Assembly: GCA_963835895.1 (NCBI GenBank)
Contig: CAWIHC010000005.1
Span: 207,086-271,085 of the forward strand
DNA: 64,000 nt
Direction: 5' to 3'
DNA from: an uncultured Acidobacteriaceae bacterium
GTDB lineage: Bacteria > Acidobacteriota > Terriglobia > Terriglobales > Acidobacteriaceae
In this document: positions 54,430-64,000 of the stretch, piece by piece
Layout of the letters: each line of letters opens with the position of its first letter
How positions within the stretch are numbered: the first letter of the stretch is position 1
Made by a program: the position numbers and the translations under genes
The notes under the pieces: generated by a model
Database searches by the model: none
What the model saw: only the letters and a program-made list of their open reading frames with translations
Told to the model about the DNA's origin: nothing

Positions 54430-54609
54430 ATGGCCAAAATTGCCAAAACAGGTGACCGCAAAAAGGTGATGGACACGACGAAGTCAACCGACTGTCCGAA
54501 ATGCGGCAAGCCCACGCGCATCATCAAACGCGTGAAGGATCGCGAACGGGGCGTCCCCGGCGGAGTGTATATTTCGTGCTCCGTATGCGAGTTTTACGAG
54601 AAACTTTAA
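54430..54609 (+). CDS. Small basic zinc-ribbon protein (59 aa)
   Basis: RBS AAAGGAGA; CPKCG ... CSVC; followed by a terminator. Confidence 0.8.
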   Translation: MAKIAKTGDRKKVMDTTKSTDCPKCGKPTRIIKRVKDRERGVPGGVYISCSVCEFYEKL

Positions 54610-54635
54610 GCGGTACTCGAAGTTTGACCGAAAAG

Positions 54636-54662
54636 AAAGCCCGGCTCCGCGCCGGGCTTTTT
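54636..54662 (+). terminator. Intrinsic terminator, probably bidirectional
   Basis: AAAGCCCGGC-TCCGC-GCCGGGCTTT-TT between convergent genes. Confidence 0.85.
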
Positions 54663-54687
54663 GCTTTCGAGCAGAGAGCTGAAAGAC

Positions 54688-54770
54688 AGGGACGTAGGGA
54701 CGTAGGGACTGAGGGACGCAGGGATCCTTCGACTTCGCTCAGGACGGGCTCCGGGACATAGGGACTGAGG
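54688..54770. repeat. Octamer repeats (AGGGACNN) enclosing a short CCTTCGACTTCGCTCAGGAC repeat-like unit
   Basis: agggacgt agggacgt agggactg agggacgc aggga ... gggacata gggactga; reverse complement of the 49003 family. Confidence 0.75.
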
Positions 54771-54773
54771 AAG

Positions 54774-55568
54774 CTACGAAGCCAAGGCTTCGGCCATCTC
54801 TTCAACAATGGCCGCGGCTGCTTCGGCTGGGTCGGGGGCCTGCGTGATGGGCCGGCCGACGACCAGATAACTGGTGCCCTGGCGCAACGCGTCGGCGGGA
54901 GTCGCGATGCGTTTCTGGTCACCTGTTTTGCCCCCGGCGGGGCGAATGCCGGGAACGACCAGAACCCCTTCAGGGCCGGTGAGTGTGCGCAGGGCAGAAA
55001 CCTCTTGCGCCGAGCAGACAAAGCCGCGAATGCCCGCATTGAGGACCATTTTCGCCACAAGTTCCACCTGCTCCGCAGGCGAGCGATCCACGCCGACGGC
55101 TTTCAAGGCCGCAGCGTCCATACTGGTCAGCACAGTGACGGCGAGAAGTTCGGGCGGGTTGGCTACGCCCTGAAGCGCATCGCGCGCGGCGGCCAGCATG
55201 GCCGGCCCTCCGGCGGCGTGAACGGTCAACATGCGCACGCCCCAAGCAGCGGCCGAGCGGACCGCTCCGGCTACCGTGTTGGGGATGTCGTGGAACTTCA
55301 GGTCGAGGAAAACGGAGTGCCCGCGAGCCACCAAAGGCTCCAGGACGGCGGGCCCGGCGGCAGTGAAAAGTTCTAACCCCACCTTGAACCACTGGCAGGT
55401 TCCTTCGAGACGATTCACCAACTCATCCGATGCAGCCGCGCTGGGCACATCGAGAGCGACAATCAGGCGTTTGCGCGCGTCTTCGATCTTGCCCGCAAGG
55501 GGGACTTTGTCCAGGAGGGGCGAACGCGCGGCAGCGAAGGTTGGATTCAGCCGTTCGGGGATGGGCAT
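54774..55568 (-). CDS. pyrF: Orotidine-5'-phosphate decarboxylase
   Basis: LIVALD, FKVGLELF, DLKFHDIPNTV, VPGIR, DQKR, VVGRPIT. Confidence 0.97.
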   Translation of the reverse strand: MPIPERLNPTFAAARSPLLDKVPLAGKIEDARKRLIVALDVPSAAASDELVNRLEGTCQWFKVGLELFTAAGPAVLEPLVARGHSVFLDLKFHDIPNTVAGAVRSAAAWGVRMLTVHAAGGPAMLAAARDALQGVANPPELLAVTVLTSMDAAALKAVGVDRSPAEQVELVAKMVLNAGIRGFVCSAQEVSALRTLTGPEGVLVVPGIRPAGGKTGDQKRIATPADALRQGTSYLVVGRPITQAPDPAEAAAAIVEEMAEALAS

Positions 55569-55713
55569 ACCTCGATCCTAACGGATTGCAGGTTCTCGCG
55601 GCAGTTGCGGTTTTCAATTCATTTTCGGGGCCGCAAAGGTTCAGTTTCAAGAATGCCGCACGAAAGGATTGGGAGATTCCGCCAAGCGATACGATAGAAG
55701 AAGGAGGTTAAAG

Positions 55714-56932
55714 TTGAGCCTGGGATCGTTGCGAAAGTCCAGCTTGGGCTTGGCAGTGGTACTGCTGAGTGCGGCCGGCCCAGCCTGTGCGGCGAGCGTG
55801 GATACGAACCCCATGAACTACGACCCCCAGGTTCAGGCCGCCTTTAAGGATTTCTACAATCTGGATTACACCGGCGCGGTCGAGATCTTCGAGCGCTATC
55901 GCGGGGAACACCCGAGCGACCCTCAGGCCACGGCGTACCTGCTCAACGCGATCGTCTTTCAGGAGCTTTACCACCAGGACCTGCTCGACACCACCTTCTA
56001 CGCCAACGACGGTTTTCTGACGGGGCGTCACGCTACCGAAGAGGATCCGAAGAAACGCGACCAGATCTTCGCGCTGGCCGATGAGGCGGTGCGCGAGGCG
56101 GATTGGCGGTTGAGCCAGAATCCCAACGATGTGAACGCGCTGTTTGCCCGCGCCTGGGTGCGCAGCCTGCGATGCACCTATGTGGCCATGGTGGAGCGGG
56201 GGTATGGCACGGGATTCCGCCTGGCGACGAAGGCCAGGGACGACGCCGCGCGCGTGCTGGAGCTGGACCCGAATTATGTGGACGCGAAGTTGATCACCGG
56301 GGTCTACGAGTACGTGGTCGGCGCGCTGCCTTGGCCTTTCAAGCTGATGATCGGCTTTGCCGGAATCACGGGATCGAAAGCCACCGGCCTGGCAATGCTG
56401 CGCGACGATGGCAATCGCGGCGTGCTGACCAGCGTAGATGCGAGGACCGCGATCGCTCTTTTTCTGCGCCGCGAGGCGAAGTATGACCAAGCCATTCAGG
56501 TCGTGCTGCGAACTGAAGAACGAGTACCCGCACGACTTCCTGTTTTGCCTTGAAGAGGCCAACCTGCGCAAAGACGCCGGTGAGGGCATGAAAGCCGTTG
56601 ACGCGTACCGGCAGATTCAGGCCGACAACGCCAGGCCGGGCTACTTTGCCGATGCACGCATGGAACTGGCCGACTTTGGGCTGGGCGACGCGCTGCGCGG
56701 CCAGCGCCACTACGATGAGGCTGCGCAAGCCTATGAGCAGGCGGCATGGACGCCCGGCGCGGGGCTGGAGCTCAAGATCCGCTCGCTGCTCGATGCCGGC
56801 CAATGCCGCGATCTGGGCGGGCAGCGCCAGCTTGCGGTCCGCGACTATCAGGCCGCCATCGACGCCGGTCCCAACACTTCGCGCGCCGATCAGGCACGGA
56901 GGTACCTCCGCGCTCCTTACAAGGGAAATTGA
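55714..56932 (+). CDS. Secreted tetratricopeptide-repeat-like protein, frameshift near 56510
   Basis: RBS AAGGAGG + TTG; signal peptide; helical repeats (LELDPNYVDAKL, EAAQAYEQAA). Confidence 0.8.
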
Positions 56933-57036
56933 GGCGGTGGCAGCGGGGCAATGGCGGGCCGCTGGACGATGGAACCGAAAGAGACAAAGCCTCGTATCAT
57001 TCCAGCAGCGGGCATTTTCCTCGGGAGGGATTGATC

Positions 57037-57354
57037 ATGGCTGCCTACTGTCAGAATTGTGGAAATGCATTGCACCCGAGCGCACGCTTCTGCCCTGGCT
57101 GCGGCGGAGCGGTGCCCATGGCACCTTCCATTCCGGGCCGGCCGCTGATGCGGCCACACCTGGGACGCATGATTGGCGGCGTTTGCATGGCGCTGGCGCA
57201 GGCCAACGGCTGGGACGTGGCTCTGGTCCGCATCTTCGCGGTGATCGGCTTCTTCTTTTCCAGCGGGCTGGTCGGCGTGGCCTACGTGGCCGCATGGATC
57301 GGGATTCCCGAGGAGACGATGCCGTATCCGGGAGCGTATCCTCCTCAAATATGA
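57037..57354 (+). CDS. Zinc-ribbon + PspC domain membrane protein
   Basis: YCQNCG...FCPGCG; LMRPHLGRMIGGVCMALA...VRI...YVAAWIGIPEE. Confidence 0.9.
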   Translation: MAAYCQNCGNALHPSARFCPGCGGAVPMAPSIPGRPLMRPHLGRMIGGVCMALAQANGWDVALVRIFAVIGFFFSSGLVGVAYVAAWIGIPEETMPYPGAYPPQI

Positions 57355-58184
57355 GCGGCGATTACGTTTCTGCCGGCGCCCGATTGAGCTTCAGTGACGC
57401 GGGCGAAGGGCTGCCGGTTGTTCTTCTGCATCCCACACCGCTTGATCGCGAGTATTGGCGTCCTCTCACGCGGGAGCTTGCCGGCATTCGCGCCATCGTT
57501 CCCGATCTGCGCGGGCACGGGCGTTCTGAGCTGGGCTCGGGCCTGCCCGTGGGCGGATTTGCCCGCGTCCCCGGCGCGCCGGTGCTCACGATGGCGCAGC
57601 TTGCCGCAGATATTCTTGCGCTGCTCGATCACCTAGGCATTTCGAAGGCGGTCTTTGGCGGATGCTCCATCGGCGGCTACGTGCTGCTGGAGTTGTGGCG
57701 CAGGGCGCCGCAGCGCATGCGCGGCATGATCTTTGTCTGCTCCAAGCCGCAGCCGGATGCCGAGGCAAACCTGGCCAAGCGCATGGAGACCATTGCGCGG
57801 GCCCGGGCGGAAGGAGTCGCCGCGCTCTTTGACGGCATGGCGCAGAACACGGTGGCTCCCTCGGTCCGCAGGGAACGACCCGAAGTCGTGGCCGAGGTGC
57901 GCGCGCAGATGACGCTCACGCCCGAGGCGGTGGTTGCGGTGCAGGCGGGGCTGGCGGCGCGGCCAGATTCGGTTCCCACTGTGGCGACCATCCGCGTGCC
58001 GGTGCTGGCTATTGCGGGCGCTGAGGATGCCAGCGTGACTGCAGCGGATATGGAGGCATTTCGCGCCGCTCCCGGCGGATGCGAGTTGCACGTGCTCCCG
58101 TGCGCCGGTCACTTTGCCGCATACGAGCAGCCGAAGAAGGTTGCCGCGATCGTGGCCCCGTGGCTGCGGCAATTCGAAGCGTAA
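57351..58184 (+). CDS. Alpha/beta fold hydrolase
   Basis: PDLRGHGRS, GCSIGG nucleophile, GAED, AGHF; ATGA overlap with the PspC gene. Confidence 0.92.
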   Translation: MSGDYVSAGARLSFSDAGEGLPVVLLHPTPLDREYWRPLTRELAGIRAIVPDLRGHGRSELGSGLPVGGFARVPGAPVLTMAQLAADILALLDHLGISKAVFGGCSIGGYVLLELWRRAPQRMRGMIFVCSKPQPDAEANLAKRMETIARARAEGVAALFDGMAQNTVAPSVRRERPEVVAEVRAQMTLTPEAVVAVQAGLAARPDSVPTVATIRVPVLAIAGAEDASVTAADMEAFRAAPGGCELHVLPCAGHFAAYEQPKKVAAIVAPWLRQFEA

Positions 58185-58267
58185 GTTTGGTCTGCTCTTC
58201 GTGCTCGGCTCGGCTCGGCGCTGATAGAATTCGGCACGAAGTCGATCGCCGCTTCTGGAGAAATCCT

Positions 58268-58801
58268 ATGAGCAATGTTGTCCTAGAGAATTCGGGTCGG
58301 CGCGAATTCTTGCGCGCCGTGCCTCTGGCAGCCGCCGCGGGAATCACGCTGGCGAATTCGTCGTTTCTCGCTCCAATCGCGAGCGGACAAGCTGCGGCCA
58401 ACGCAGGGCCGGCAGGATTCCAGTTGTTCCGCGCACAGGAGATCGAGGACGACGCGAAGGCGCTCGAGGCCAGCCCGGGCAACAACAATCTGGTTCAGGG
58501 GAAGAATTTTACCGTGGTGCTGACGGTGGAGACGGCAAAGAGCGCCAAGGAGTTCGAGTGGCACGAGGGTCGCGACCATATTTTATTGGTTTTGGACGGG
58601 GAGACGGTTTACCAGGTAGGAGGGACGCCCAAAGGCGCGCACAGCATCGCGCCGGGCGAGTGGCACGCGCCGGAAGCAGAAGGAGCAACAACTCTGACGC
58701 TCCAGAAGGGCGACATGCTGGTGATCCCGCGCGGCACTCTGCACAAGCGGAGCACCGCGGGAAGCGTGACGTTTACGCTGATCTCACCGCAGGGAACGTA
58801 A
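58268..58801 (+). CDS. Tat-exported cupin domain protein
   Basis: GRREFL; EWHEGRDH..VLDG; GDMLVIPRGTLH. Confidence 0.85.
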   Translation: MSNVVLENSGRREFLRAVPLAAAAGITLANSSFLAPIASGQAAANAGPAGFQLFRAQEIEDDAKALEASPGNNNLVQGKNFTVVLTVETAKSAKEFEWHEGRDHILLVLDGETVYQVGGTPKGAHSIAPGEWHAPEAEGATTLTLQKGDMLVIPRGTLHKRSTAGSVTFTLISPQGT

Positions 58802-58805
58802 ACAC

Positions 58806-58929
58806 AGGGAACAGGGAATAGGGAACAGGGAACAGAGAACCGTAGACCGTGAACAGTGGACGGTAAACCGTAGACACGTAGAGTGAACAGCTAGCAGGCT
58901 GACAGCTAGTAGCTGAAAGCTGATCGCTG
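58806..58929 (+). repeat. Composite heptamer tandem repeat tract
   Basis: (AGGGAAC)-like x5, (CGTAGAC/CGTGAAC)-like x~7, (AGCTGAN)-like x~5 in near-continuous 7-nt phase. Confidence 0.85.
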
Positions 58930-58933
58930 CCCT

Positions 58934-59712
58934 TCAATTCCTGCTGCGCATTTTTGCCAGCAGGCGCAGGATCTCCAGGTAGAGCCACACCAGCGTGACC
59001 ATGATGCCGAATGCGGCGTACCACTCCATGTACTTGGGCACGCCGTAGGCGACGCCCTGCTCGACAAAGTCGAAGTCGAGCACGAGGTTGAGCGCGGCGA
59101 TGGCGACCACGAAGAGGCTGAAGCCGATGCCGACGATGCCGGAGCCGTAGACGGAGCTGAAGAAGGAGATGTGGAAGAAGCCAAGCAGCATCTGGGCCAT
59201 GTAGAAGAGAAAGATGCCGCCGGTGGCCGCGACCACGCCGAGGCGAAACTTCTGCGTGACCTTGATCACTCCGGATCTTGTAGAGCGAGCAGCAGGACGA
59301 AGAGCGTGCCGAAGGTGAGCCCCACGGCTTCCATGGCGATGCCGGGATAGCGCAATTCGAACATCGCGGAAAGACCGCCCAGCACAAGGCCTTCGAGCAG
59401 CGCGTAGATGGGCGCGGTCACCGGCGACCACTCCTTCTTGAAGGCGGTGACAAAGGCAAAGATGAGGCCGCCGAAGGCGCCGATCATGATCGCCGGACCG
59501 GCGAAGCTCAGGTCGCGCGTCTGCATGAACGAGTTCCACGTCCACGCCGCGGTAGCCACCGCGCACAGCAGCAGAATGCCGGTCTTGTTGATGGTGCCGC
59601 TCAGCGTCATGCGCGCCGAGGCGTCGACCAGGTTGCCGCCGTACTGGCTGCGCTGAAAGTCGCTGAAGGTGTTCTGGCCGAGGGCCGGATTCGATGTCTT
59701 CATCAGTGCCAT
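58934..59712 (-). CDS. Bax inhibitor-1/YccA family membrane protein, frameshift near 59280
   Basis: TSNPAL, MTLSGTINKT, YALLEGL, LNLVLDFD, EWYAAFG, LVWLYLEILRLL. Confidence 0.92.
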
Positions 59713-59837
59713 TGAGATGTCTCCGTGGTGCAAAGCGGGCTAGGGAACCTGAGGTTGATGCGGGACACTTTGCCCGCTGCTTTTATTCTATCGGATGGGA
59801 AAAAGCCAGAGAGAGTTTCAAATGCGCGATCAATTGC

Positions 59838-60786
59838 TTAATCGAACGCCTGCACGCCGTATTCGCTCTCATAGCGCGCCACTGTGGCCATCAGGTTCTC
59901 GATGGCGTCCACGGGCTGAATGCCGCCGCGCGCGCCCTGCGCCATGCAGTTCATGGCCGCGGCCGCGCAGGAGAAATCGAGCTGGCGGTCGAGCGGCCAG
60001 TCGTGCAGCAAGCCGTAGATGAATCCGGCGCGGAAGATGTCGCCGGCTCCGGTGGTGTCGACCACGGGCACGCGATAGGCGGCGCTGTGCAGCAACTGCT
60101 TGCCGTCCCAGGCCAGCACGCCGTCTTTTCCGAGGGTTGCCGCGCTCAAGCGGCATCCGTAGCGCGACTTCATGCGGCGCAGAGCGCGCTCGAGATTCGA
60201 GTCCTCCATCAAGCGGCAGGAGAAATCCTCGCTCACAATCAGATAGTCGATGTTGGCGACGAGCTCTTCAATGCCGGGATAGGTGTCATCAAGATCGGCC
60301 ACGACGGGAATGCCTGCCTCGCGCGCCCAGCTTGCGGCCTGCGTGGCCGCGGCGGTGTCGTGGCCATCCACGTGCAGCACGCGGGCATTCACGATCCATT
60401 CGCGGCGAAGGTCGCTCGGGCTGAAGAACCATCTGCTCATTGCGCTGGCAGATGACTGTGCGTTCGCCAGCGGCATCGATGAGGATGACGTTGTGGAGGC
60501 TGGCGGCTCCGGGCACGGTGACAATCCGTGCTTCTGCGCCCAGGCGGCGAAAGGCTTCCTTATGCAGGCGCGCAGCATCGTTGTCTCCGAGCTTGCCCAC
60601 GTAGCGGCTGCGCAGACCCCAGGTTTGGCAGGCCACAACGGTGGTGGCTACCTGGCCGCCGGGCTGGACGGAACGACTGGAATATTGGACCTTGGAACCG
60701 GGCTCCGGGAATCGTTCGAGCGGGATGAGGGTGTCTGTGGCGTTGAGGCCGACGCCGACCAGGTCAACCTGGGGCAAAACCATCAT
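59838..60786 (-). CDS. PfkB family carbohydrate kinase, frameshifted
   Basis: VGVGLNATD, PGGQVAT, VGKLGD, VDTTGAGDIF. Confidence 0.92.
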
Positions 60787-60898
60787 TCCGCCATTGTAAC
60801 GGGCTGGTGAGGGAAGCCTCGGAAGGCGTTCCGATGTCCAGATGGGCGGCGATCCGGCCTGCGGGATAATCTTCGGCACAGTCGGCGCGCGGCCCTAT

Positions 60899-61412
60899 TC
60901 ACCGAATCTGGTCCCAACAGGCGTCGGGCCATGGAGACCTTTCTTTCCATCCATTGGGCGTGCCATCGAGATTGGTGTCAAGGAATTCCGTTGTCTTCAA
61001 GTGAAGTCCGTCCTTGTTGAGCAAGAACGTGTTTCGGTACTTGCTACCCTGCATTAGAGGTAGAGGAGAGAGATTTGAGTCGCTCTCGGCTTCAGCCTTG
61101 GTCTTCTTCTCCTGTCCCCCGACGATGCTCAAGTAGAACTCCACAGTGAGAATGTACGGATAAAGCAGAGAATCGTTTGCCTTCACGTCTACGAAAACAT
61201 GTATAGGCGGTCCCCAGGCTGCCTTCGCCCAAACCTGTTTATGGTGTCCCCGGTCAAATGCGGTGACTGGTTTCGCGCCTGGGGCATGCCTCAATCCGTT
61301 TCTGGACATCCGCCGCAATGCCTTTGATATCCAATTCTTGGTCGGTCTGAGCCGAAGCGATCCCGGAAAGAGCTGCGAGTAGAAGTAAGGAAAGCATAGC
61401 GTAATTTCTCAT
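60899..61412 (-). CDS. Secreted hypothetical protein, frameshift near 61270
   Basis: MRNYAMLSLLLLAALSGIASAQ signal peptide continuing into ORF 60899-61318. Confidence 0.6.
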
Positions 61413-61436
61413 AAGCCTTGCCGTCCCCGTTCCTGA

Positions 61437-61949
61437 TTAAGCTCGGCACAGGAAGGCCCGTAGGTCCTCACAGAAGGCCGGCCACACGGTCCAATGCGCC
61501 CTGAGCGCCGCGACACTGAAGTTGTTTTGCTTGCCGCGCACTACACCAGCCATTGCAGCGTTGCGAGCCTCGGAGCATGTGAGGAGCGCATAGCGAGGTG
61601 CTCCGCGTGGCTGCGTGGCATCTACGAATGCCCAGCGCACCTCCATCTCAAGGGTTTTTAATTGATCCGCGCTTGAGAGGAGGAGGTCAACCTGAGCGCC
61701 CCCCTTCTTGGTGCCGAAACCTACGCCGTTTTGTCGCTGCCACCTGTACGACTTGGCTTCGATTTCAATATGTGCAGGTGGCGATGACGTTGAATAGCGC
61801 ACCTCGGCGGCAATGTCCAGGCCAAACCTCGGCACAGCCCACGTCAGGTCTTGAGCCTTTACGGAAGCTTGGATTAGATTCCGAAGGGCCATCTCGAATA
61901 GCTTCTCCGGGTATACGACAGTCGGCTCTTCGCGGAAATTCGAATCCAT
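61437..61949 (-). CDS. Hypothetical protein with PD-(D/E)xK nuclease-like motif
   Basis: E..LFE helix, GLDIA, HIEIEAK. Confidence 0.5.
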   Translation of the reverse strand: MDSNFREEPTVVYPEKLFEMALRNLIQASVKAQDLTWAVPRFGLDIAAEVRYSTSSPPAHIEIEAKSYRWQRQNGVGFGTKKGGAQVDLLLSSADQLKTLEMEVRWAFVDATQPRGAPRYALLTCSEARNAAMAGVVRGKQNNFSVAALRAHWTVWPAFCEDLRAFLCRA

Positions 61950-62158
61950 TGTGCTGGCAGGAGCCCCACTTTCGCACCCGATTATAGTACGGAATCCCTA
62001 CTTGAGCCTGTGACTGAGAGTAGTCGATGGGCAGGTGGGTTCGTCCCGATTGACCGACTGCCCGAGGATTGACCCGTTCCCATCTTCCAAACCCTAGGGT
62101 GAGTGACCGCCCAATGCTGTACGCTCAATAGAGCATTTTCTTTCTTTGGACTAGACCC

Positions 62159-63470
62159 GTGGCTCAACAACCATCTTCGCGCCCGTTTTACCATCCGCAG
62201 CCCGGCGAGGAGCTCTACTGCGGCGGCGTCTCGCTGGAATCGCTGGCGCGGCGATTCGGCACGCCGCTCTACGTCTACTCTGCCGACCAGATTGCCGAGC
62301 GGCTGGCGCTGTTTCAGCAGGCGCTCGCCGGCCGGGATCACCTGGTCTGCTACGCGGTAAAAGCCAACTCCGCGCTGGCGATTCTCAAGCTGCTGGCCGG
62401 ACGCGGCGCGGGATTCGACATCGTCTCCGGCGGCGAACTGGAGCGCGTGCTGGCTGCCGCGCCCGAAGCGGCCGGCCGCGTGGTCTTTTCCGGCGTGGGC
62501 AAGACGGCTGCGGAGATCGACCTGGCGCTCAAGGCGGGGATTCTTGCATTCAACGTGGAGAGCGAGGCGGAGCTTGAAGCTGCTCGCGGCGCGCGCGCGC
62601 AAGCTCAAGATCCGCGCCCGCTTCGCGCTGCGCGTCAATCCCGACGTTTTTGCCGATACGCATCCCTACATCTCCACCGGCCTGCGCGAGCACAAGTTCG
62701 GCATCGACATTCGCCGCGCGCGCGCGCATCTACAAGAGCGCGGCCGGCGATCGCTGGCTTGAGGCGCACGGCGTCAGCGTTCACATCGGCTCGCAGATTC
62801 GCTCCGCGGAGCCGTTCGGCGCGGCCGATTGAGCGGGTGAGCAAGCTGGTGCGGCAGCTCCGGCGCGAAGGCATTGCGCTCAAGGCCATCGATGCCGGCG
62901 GCGGCTTGGGCATCGACTACCACCGGGGCCCACGGCCAGGTCTTCGGCGCGGGGTGCACGGCACGCATCGAGGTGGAAGGCGAGTACGCCGCGGCGCTGG
63001 AATGCGCGCTCGGCGATTTCGACGGCCGGCTGCTCATCGAGCCCGGCCGATTCCTGGTCGCGCAGGCCGGCGCGCTGGTGGCGCGCGTGCTCTACGTGAA
63101 GCGCAACGGCAAAAAGACCTTCGTGATTACCGACGCGGCCATGAACGACCTGATCCGCCCCGCGCTCTACCAGGCCATCACGAGATTGTTCCGGTGCGGC
63201 CGAGGGCAGGGAAGGCCGCGCATCGTCGATGTGGTGGGGCCGGTCTGCGAGTCGGGCGACTTTTTTGCGCGCGACCGCAAGCTCGCGCCCGTTGAGCCCG
63301 GCGACCTGGTGGCGCTGCTCGATGCCGGCGCCTACGGCATGGCGCAAAGCTCCAACTACAACTCGCGCCCGCGCGCCGCCGAGGTGCTGGTCGAGGGCGC
63401 AAAGGCGCGCCTCATCCGCCGCCGCGAAACCATGGCCGATCTGCTGGCGCCGGAGAAGCTGCTTGAAAGA
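62159..63470 (+). CDS. lysA: Diaminopimelate decarboxylase, several frameshifts; 3' end approximate
   Basis: FGTPLYVYS, YAVKANS, DIVSGGE, HPYISTG, KFGI, HIGSQI, GGGLGI, EPGR, GPVCESGD, GAYG, SNYNSRPR. Confidence 0.96.
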
Positions 63471-63480
63471 GGATTGGGCG

Positions 63481-63961
63481 CTACTGGTGCACGCCTGAGG
63501 CGGCTACAAAAGCCGGTACGTCTGCGATCCGAGGGGGATAGTGTTCACCTTGGCCGGCGGGGCAGCGAAGCTTGATCCTTGGCGTTGATGGCCCCGGAGT
63601 AATCGGGACCGAGGCCGAGATTCTTCAGGGCGCGCGAATCGGGCATCAGCTTGGTTTGCCAGCCATGATCGGCCTGATACTTCTGCATCGCGGCGACGGT
63701 GGTGGCGTCCCACTTGCCGTTGGCTTCGCCGGTCAGGTAGTGCTCGCGGATCAGGGCCTGCTGAATCTGTGTCACCCGATCCGGCTCGATGGCTTGCTGG
63801 CCGCGCGCGCGGCGCGATCTGTGCCTGGCCGTGCGAAAGCTTGTGAGTGGTGGTGCTGACTGGCCGCTGGTGGGAGAGCGGTGCACGTTCGACGCGAATG
63901 CGGGCGGCGCAAGAAGGGCCGCGGAAATCAGAAGTGCCAAAGCTGCACGAGATGAAGACAT
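63481..63961 (-). CDS. Peptidoglycan-binding domain protein, frameshifted; 3' end approximate
   Basis: Signal peptide; RVTQIQQALIREHYL...GKWDATTVAAMQKYQADHG. Confidence 0.85.
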
Positions 63962-64000
63962 CTCTATACCACCTGAATGAATCGAAGATTTCGAGAACTC

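Noticed and set aside
56598-58184. 528-aa ORF as a large fusion protein
   Set aside because: Only 57351-58184 is the hydrolase; the upstream part overlaps the TPR and PspC genes in other frames
48900-58930. CRISPR array
   Set aside because: Repeats are 7-8 nt tandem units without unique spacers; no cas genes in the window
63470-63575. C-terminal extension of LysA overlapping the convergent gene
   Set aside because: Probably produced by indel errors near the stop codons of both genes

Overview
High-GC bacterial DNA whose gene content (Oar-type TonB-dependent receptors, IclR/sugar-binding regulator, REP-like hairpins, pyrF/lysA neighbourhood) suggests Acidobacteriota (Terriglobia). Many genes, including housekeeping lysA, are split by single-base frameshifts; these are most likely long-read indel errors, so split ORFs are reported as single genes with approximate coordinates. 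Bases 1 to ~36,290 look like the right-hand end of an integrative island. It is bounded by a duplicated 3' half of tRNA-Arg(CCT) at 36240-36286 with integrase arm-type repeats, and carries a large carbohydrate-utilisation region: 2 TonB receptors, GH-A, GHL6-like, GH38, GH42-like and beta-helix enzymes, a CocE esterase and a nitrilase-family hydrolase. It also holds a candidate uncharacterised sugar catabolic route (RhaT-type symporter, epimerase-like protein, lyxose/mannose isomerase, PfkB kinase, unassigned aldolase-like protein, ALDH) with a candidate 17-bp operator, plus IS200 debris. The right part is mostly core genome: a large GH13 protein, a hoxE / hoxF::gltD fusion / hoxU operon with no adjacent hydrogenase (hoxYH) genes, accA, a CAAX protease, an IS630, a REP-flanked RAYT, pyrF, a PspC protein, a BI-1 family protein and lysA. 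The orphan diaphorase operon is a candidate NADH/NADPH/ferredoxin-coupling flavoenzyme and the most interesting system here. Several 7/8-nt short tandem repeat tracts lie between genes. No CRISPR array, rRNA or intact tRNA is present.
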